Shown: positions 60,801-64,000 of the stretch, in pieces
Position numbering within the stretch: position 1 is the first letter of the stretch
Layout of the letters: every line of letters begins with the position of its first letter
NCBI RefSeq assembly: GCF_004010195.1
Contig: NC_057718.1
Span: forward strand, 34,373,239 to 34,437,238
Direction of reading: 5' to 3'
DNA: 64,000 nt
From: Chiloscyllium plagiosum
Taxonomy: Eukaryota
Notes under the pieces: generated by a model
The model's database searches: none
The model's input: only the letters and a program-made list of their open reading frames with translations
Told to the model about the DNA's origin: nothing
Position numbers and translations under genes: made by a program

Positions 60801-62039
60801 AATTAGAATACAGAACTTTTAAAATAGAAAAGGAAAGGAAGATTTATGAGTTCTATTCCCACGCTGCCTCCAAAATCCCTGAACGATGTACTAACCCAGG
60901 TTGTGTGTCACCCAAGATGTGATCCCTCCTTCCTGACCTTGCAAAGCTTACTGTTGTGTGTATGAGAGACACATTCGCCTGTCCAGGATGGGAGGGTTCA
61001 TACTTTCCTTTGACTAATCTATTCCATGTCAGATTGTTTTAATTAGAATGACCACTTTTGCTGTTTGAATTTATTGTCTATGTCAAGCTTAACCCTGCAA
61101 AATTTAGCCGAGTCCAAGTATTTAGCAAAGTCACTATTTTCAGCCTCAACAATTTATCTTCGCATCATCAATAATAGGTTCACCTCTGCGATAATGCGAA
61201 ACTGTTTCCATTACTTGTACCAGCTTGACTTTTCACCCCTCTCTTAGAACCTCGTTTTAGATTCTCCATCAGCTTTTCTGCTTAGTAATCCAAAACCCAA
61301 TTATTCCAAACATATTCTTGCCATGAGAAAGGTTTTGATAAATGAAAATCCATTGGAGACTCAAGCAAACTTATGTTGACACTAGTATAATCAGAAGTGT
61401 GAGGAAAGGAGCACAGGGAGTGAAGGAAGACATTACAAGTTCATGGAAAGAGGTAAAGGTCAGAGGAAGAGGGTTGTCATTCAAAGGGCGTCATGATGAC
61501 TTTCAAGCATACTAGTGTCAGAAACTAAACCGTTCTACTGATTAATGTACTGTGTCATCGCATGTCTGTGCTTGTCCTTGATGCTATTAACAGCACAGTT
61601 TGGAATCCAAAACGGTTTCTGACGGGGCCTTCATATTACCATTCACATATTGGCACTATAAATTCAGTGTGTATTCTTATATCAGAGCTACAAATCCAAC
61701 TGGGTTTCTCAAAATAGCGTGCAAAAATGTTGTTCACTCAACAGCAACTCAGGTGTTATGTTCCCTCCCGTCAATATCAAAGGGCCCATCTTTACAGGCC
61801 TGCCACACCTACCAAAAGAAACCAGGCTGCACTAACCCTGTTCTAGTGCAGACACAGAGCTATGCCGTGGTCTGCAGGCTAACTTACTGACAACTTGCGA
61901 CAACTGATGTAACTTTTTCCATAAACGTGAAGGTCAGAATAGCATTAGGCTTCCCTGTTACCAGATCCTGTCAGATTACCAAACTCAGTCAGATAGACCG
62001 TTCTGAAGTTTGTACCTGAATAAATCGGGCAACCTAAAA

Positions 62040-63572
62040 GGAGCATGTTCACCAGAGTATATATTACTTCCACCTTCTCAATGGAAAGAAGGTGACAAAT
62101 GCAGAAGAATGCAGAATGTTTGCCACCTGACAGAGGACAGAGCAGCAGAGATGAAGTTCGTGCCTATTTGAGCTGTAATGCCAACCGAAATACATGTATG
62201 AAAAGGAAAAGGTACCAATGGAAGAAGTGCCTCTACATGAATGTATCGGTAGTTTCAGACAATAGAAATGGGACCTCATGATTTTGTGAAAATCGCAAAA
62301 TGTTTTTATTCCATATTAATCTTAGATGCCTCCAGTATTTGAAAATCCGAACAAAGTGATTGCTTGTTGGAGGCTTAGGCCCCTGAACTCAATCAGAGTT
62401 CTTTATTGAGCTTGTACAATGGAGCTCTGCTATCACCTGCTGTTGAACACATGGGTGTAGAGGTTGGTGTGCCAACAATTCCACGCAAACATGTGACTTG
62501 CTGGTACATGATAATGGGCTGCCTTTGTGAAATTTTTCTGGAGCTGCAGCTTGGGGATGTTTGCTACCCACGCAGAAGCAGTGTGTAGTTAATTAAGTTC
62601 ATTAAGATGACAATGGAGGTGTATTTTGCGACAGGCATGCAGTTTTTGGCATGTGGGCACACTGTTGTGGATTGCACATGTCTTCACGGAGAGACGACCA
62701 AGCTGCAACTCATTTCAGGGCATGAATTTATTTGTTGGCTGTAATTCATAAAGAGGGTCTATGTCCTTGCAGCCATTCCATGGCTGCTTTCTGTGATGCT
62801 TGCTCTGCCTCAATTACTGCCATTTCCCTCCCATTGAAGGCACTGCTGTCAATCCTACTGCTAGATTGGCATTGCCCACAGTACGAAGGTAGATGGAAAC
62901 CCTACCTTGACTACAATCACACTAACTGGATGTCTCAATACTCAAAAACTGAAAGTTGGTCATTAATTTTGGAAATGAGAAGATTATGACATGATTTGAT
63001 AGCTGCACTCAATTACGTGAGGGTTCTGGATGGCGTAGGTGGCAAATAATTATTAGCACACAACAGGAATGACGTAGGTGCAGTGTACGTAGGTCCAAAC
63101 TCTCTGTGTGAGAACCATTTCCTGTAATGGGTATATCTTTACCACCAACTAAATTTGTTTTTCTTTAACTAAGCCATGCATATTGGAGTCTTCACACCAT
63201 GCTGCAAATTTCAAACTGCTGTTTTTAATGCCTTCTCAGTATCGTAACTATTTACTGAGGGCATTTCAAACAAACATATTGGATAGGGATGAACGAGAAG
63301 GTTGAAATTGATGGTGTACAACTGCATTGAAAATATACTGTTAGCTCTATAACCGACTCGTTCATTGACATTCTAAAGCATGGTTGTCTATTCTGGAGTC
63401 CAGGGCTGTGTCAAATATTTTCCCTGAGTGGAAGAAACAACTGTGGTGTTGGGTTACCGTTGGGTAGTGCAGCCCTCCCAGGGCATTACTGGCACTGAAG
63501 CTGTGGATGCAAGAGATAATGTGCTGTCTCTGCAACAGCTGGAGCCACATCCAACAATAGTTGTCAGTACTT
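62040..63572. pseudogene. Possible fossil KolobokP-like DNA transposon: YqaJ-like/PHD remnant (+) convergent with THAP/DDE remnant (-)
   Basis: Plus: YILLPPS../KKVTNAEE, CLLEA*AP, and PHD-like CPC..MAAFCDAC..DWHCP (62762-62878). Minus: THAP-like VLTTIVGCGSSCCRD..FHSGK, then FEMPS and GGKDIPITGNG. Many stops and frameshifts. Confidence 0.4.
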
Positions 63573-64000
63573 ATTTGCTTCCTGGCACTTCATCAATTCT
63601 TTGAACGGTCGTACTAGAAATGGAAAATGCAAAGGATTAGGAAGCCCCTTACTTGACCCTCTGGCCTTTCCCATCGAAATATTAGCTGAGTTATCTTTCA
63701 AAAGCATTGTTATGATATTCCATGTATTTTTAAATGTTGGTTTTTAAATACTTGACCGGAAATGAAATCCATTACAAAGACTAAGCAATAACAACTTTTG
63801 TATTTAAATAATGTCTTTACAGAGGGAGAAAATGTTTCAAAGGACTACACAGGAGCATAATCAAGCAAAAATTGACACTCATCCAAAGAAGGGGATAAAA
63901 TGTGGTGCCAACCAGCTTGTTCAAAGAGGCATTTTTAATCCTTATTAAAAAAAAGGACAGAGAGGTACAAGGGCAAAGAGGTGTATGGAAGTATCTTCAG

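Overview
Vertebrate genomic DNA, almost certainly from a shark: the HE1/V-SINE, CR1 and Penelope repeat set fits an elasmobranch, and a bamboo/carpet shark is my guess only. The window looks intronic or intergenic. I found no intact host gene, rRNA, tRNA or CRISPR array, and there are two assembly gaps (7241-7541, 24086-25039). Most of it is layered transposon debris: many CR1 LINE fragments (one near full length with an ORF1 esterase remnant), five HE1-type SINEs, ancient DeuSINE- and LF-SINE-like relics, an RTE 3' end, and fossil PIF/Harbinger elements (Myb/SANT and DDE remnants). The most interesting signals are: (1) about a dozen short Penelope-derived insertions from at least four families, most carrying minimal hammerhead-ribozyme motifs with covarying stems, often as fold-back palindromes inside 12-16 bp target-site duplications (TSDs); (2) a ~1 kb chimeric insertion within one TSD that joins four ribozyme units, Penelope ORF pieces and a captured CR1 reverse-transcriptase fragment; (3) a 130 bp inverted templated insertion inside a SINE head; (4) a heavily decayed convergent pair (YqaJ-like/PHD versus THAP/DDE) resembling a KolobokP-type DNA transposon; (5) a few unassigned exon-like segments. 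Family names come from recalled consensus motifs and were not database-checked. Boundaries of old elements are approximate.
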